A stretch of 63,946 bases of DNA, the filler included, from Octopus bimaculoides (lineage: Eukaryota), in the NCBI RefSeq assembly GCF_001194135.2. It is 7 parts of 6 records of this genome, joined end to end, with 100 filler letters (N's around TTAATTAATTAA, not from the genome) between each part and the next. Parts side by side here need not be neighbours in the genome. Positions count along the whole stretch, not along the records: positions 57,423 to 62,588 come from NC_069009.1; positions 62,689 to 63,946 come from NC_068981.1; 5 more parts are not named here. One strand, written 5' to 3'. A model generated the notes under the pieces. That model was given only the letters and a program-made list of their open reading frames with translations, ran no database searches and had not been told where the DNA came from. Positions within the stretch are counted from its first letter, which is position 1. Every line of letters begins with the position of its first letter. Positions 61,902 through 63,946 of this stretch are shown here, piece after piece. The position numbers were made by a program, and so were the translations under genes.

Positions 61902-62524
61902 CCTTTCTACTATAAGCACAAGGCCTGGAATTTTGGTAGGATGGTCTAGTTGATTACACTGACCCCCGGTACTAAACTGGTACGTATTTTACTTCCCCCA
62001 AAAGAATAAAATTCAAAGTCAACCTCAGTGGAATTTGAACTCAGAAATTTAAGAACCGAAAGAAATGCACAGTTGTATTTTGTCTGATGTATTAATGACT
62101 CTGCCAACTTGTCATGTTAGTAGTAATAAGAAGTAGAAGAAGAATAATAACAATAATTACAAAATCTAATTACAATAGTATAATTCATGGGTGTATGAAG
62201 AAAGAAGATTATATATATGAATGCACACATAATTTTGCTTATATATGTATTCAAAAATGTGTAGCTTTATATACGTACATACCTCTGATAAGTGCATACG
62301 CTCTCATACACCTGTGTGTGTGTGTGTATGTATAGATGGATACCTGTACGCTTGCATACATCAATTTTTGTGCATATATTTACATACATACACATAAAAT
62401 ACATATAACATATATATATATATATATACATGCACTATATACATATATACACATACACACACATCACATAGAAATGTATTTCAAATATGCATACACACAC
62501 ATTCATACATGCATACATATATAC

Positions 62525-62588
<64 letters not shown>

Positions 62589-63560
62589 NNNNNNNNNNNN
62601 NNNNNNNNNNNNNNNNNNNNNNNNNNNNNNNNTTAATTAATTAANNNNNNNNNNNNNNNNNNNNNNNNNNNNNNNNNNNNNNNNNNNNTATATATATATA
62701 TATATATATATGCATACGTACATATGCATATATGTGTGTGTATGTATTACACGCATCAATATGAGTGTATTCAGTATATTGATCTTTCTATATAGGAGTT
62801 TCACAGGAACATTTCATAAAAGAATTCTCTACCTAGCTTATGGTGACGCTTTGTATTGCTAATTCAACCCTGAATGACGTTGAGCAGTCTTTTAATCATA
62901 CACGAACTCACTCACTCATACACACGCAAACGCACATATACACACGCGCACGCACTCATACGCAGACATACGCACACGCAAGCATATATACATCTGAAAA
63001 AAATTCAAATCAATTTGCAATGCCATAAGATAGTCGTTAAAGCGTGTTAAAATATAATATAGCACAATTAGTATTCGCTACCTCGTCAAATAAATAGACT
63101 TGTATCACTCCAAGGGAAATAAAAAACTATTTCACTAATCTAAATCGCAGTCACCCCAGCAAGATACATACATACAAGTTAAACATACATCCTACTTTTG
63201 GTTTCATAACCAGCATGCTTCATAGAGTAATTAGCCACTAAGTGTGGGAATATAGGAGCTGGGTCTTTAAGTTTTCTAACTGCACCGTTTTCTCATACCT
63301 AGAAAGTGAGTACTTTGGTATGTATCCCGAGAGTTCAACAATAAAATATAACCTTAAATAAACAATAAATCTTACGCAGTACTTTGTACTTATTAATAAG
63401 CAATTTTCCCTAACATTAGAATGCTCTGAGACGTCAGCTATATGACTCTGTTTCTCTCTTTCCCTCTCTTTATATCTCTCCGTCCTTCTCCCATTCTCTC
63501 TCTTCATGTATATATATATGTGTGTATGTGTTTTGTGTGCGTGCGTGTATGTGTGTGTGC

Positions 63561-63598
<38 letters not shown>

Positions 63599-63707
63599 AT
63601 AGCTAATAGATAGATAAATAGTTAGGTAGGTAGATGCAGATAGATGGATAAATGGATAGAAAGGCAGACAGACTGACAGACAGGCTGATAGATAGATAGA
63701 TAGATAG

Positions 63708-63946
63708 ATTTCTTTTATTAGCCACACAGGGTTCAACAAAGATGGGACAAATACAATGTAGAGCTTTTCTTTTTGGGAGGGGGAAGAAAAAAAATAGGGG
63801 TGTGTCGATCAAAAGGGATCGTAGGAAGGGAAAAAGGAGGGAGTTCGATCAAAAGGGATCGAAAAAAAAAAGATAGATAGATAGATAGATAGATACATTT
63901 CTTTTATTAGCCACACAGGGCTCAACGAAGATGGGACAAATACAAT
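63708..63946 (-). mobile_element. Two tandem retroelement-like 3' ends with AATAAA and (TATC)n tails
   Basis: tttcttttattagccacacaggg.tcaac.aagatgggacaaatacaat occurs twice (63708-63755, 63898-63946), each after (GATA)n. Confidence 0.6.

Overview
AT-rich, microsatellite- and SINE-dense eukaryotic scaffold with many N gaps. The repeat families, TTAGGG arrays and composition suggest a cephalopod such as Octopus (inference only). There is one intact protein-coding gene: a single-exon effector caspase (caspase-3/7-like, 12725-13591, +) with catalytic His-Gly and QACRG intact. A second, spliced gene missed by the ORF track is a polypeptide GalNAc-transferase (GALNT/pgant). Five exon remnants of it lie on + between 29817 and 43246, with frameshifts and stops, and several catalytic exons are not visible, so it is most likely an unprocessed pseudogene. 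The rest is transposon debris: several tRNA-derived SINE families, Penelope-like, R4/Dong, RTE and CR1-like LINE fragments, a Gypsy LTR relic with a tRNA-Ser PBS, Tc1 and mariner relics, a MITE and tandem Helentron-like elements. The most unusual signal is a short repeat family (4 copies) that folds as a minimal type-I hammerhead-like ribozyme with a non-canonical CUGUUGA core. Other points of interest are modular head/tail exchange among SINEs, elements tied to specific microsatellites, and several local templated rearrangements. Most ORF-track entries are microsatellite or N-gap artefacts. Nothing prokaryotic (CRISPR, operons) is present. All protein-family calls are by-eye motif recognition, not database searches.
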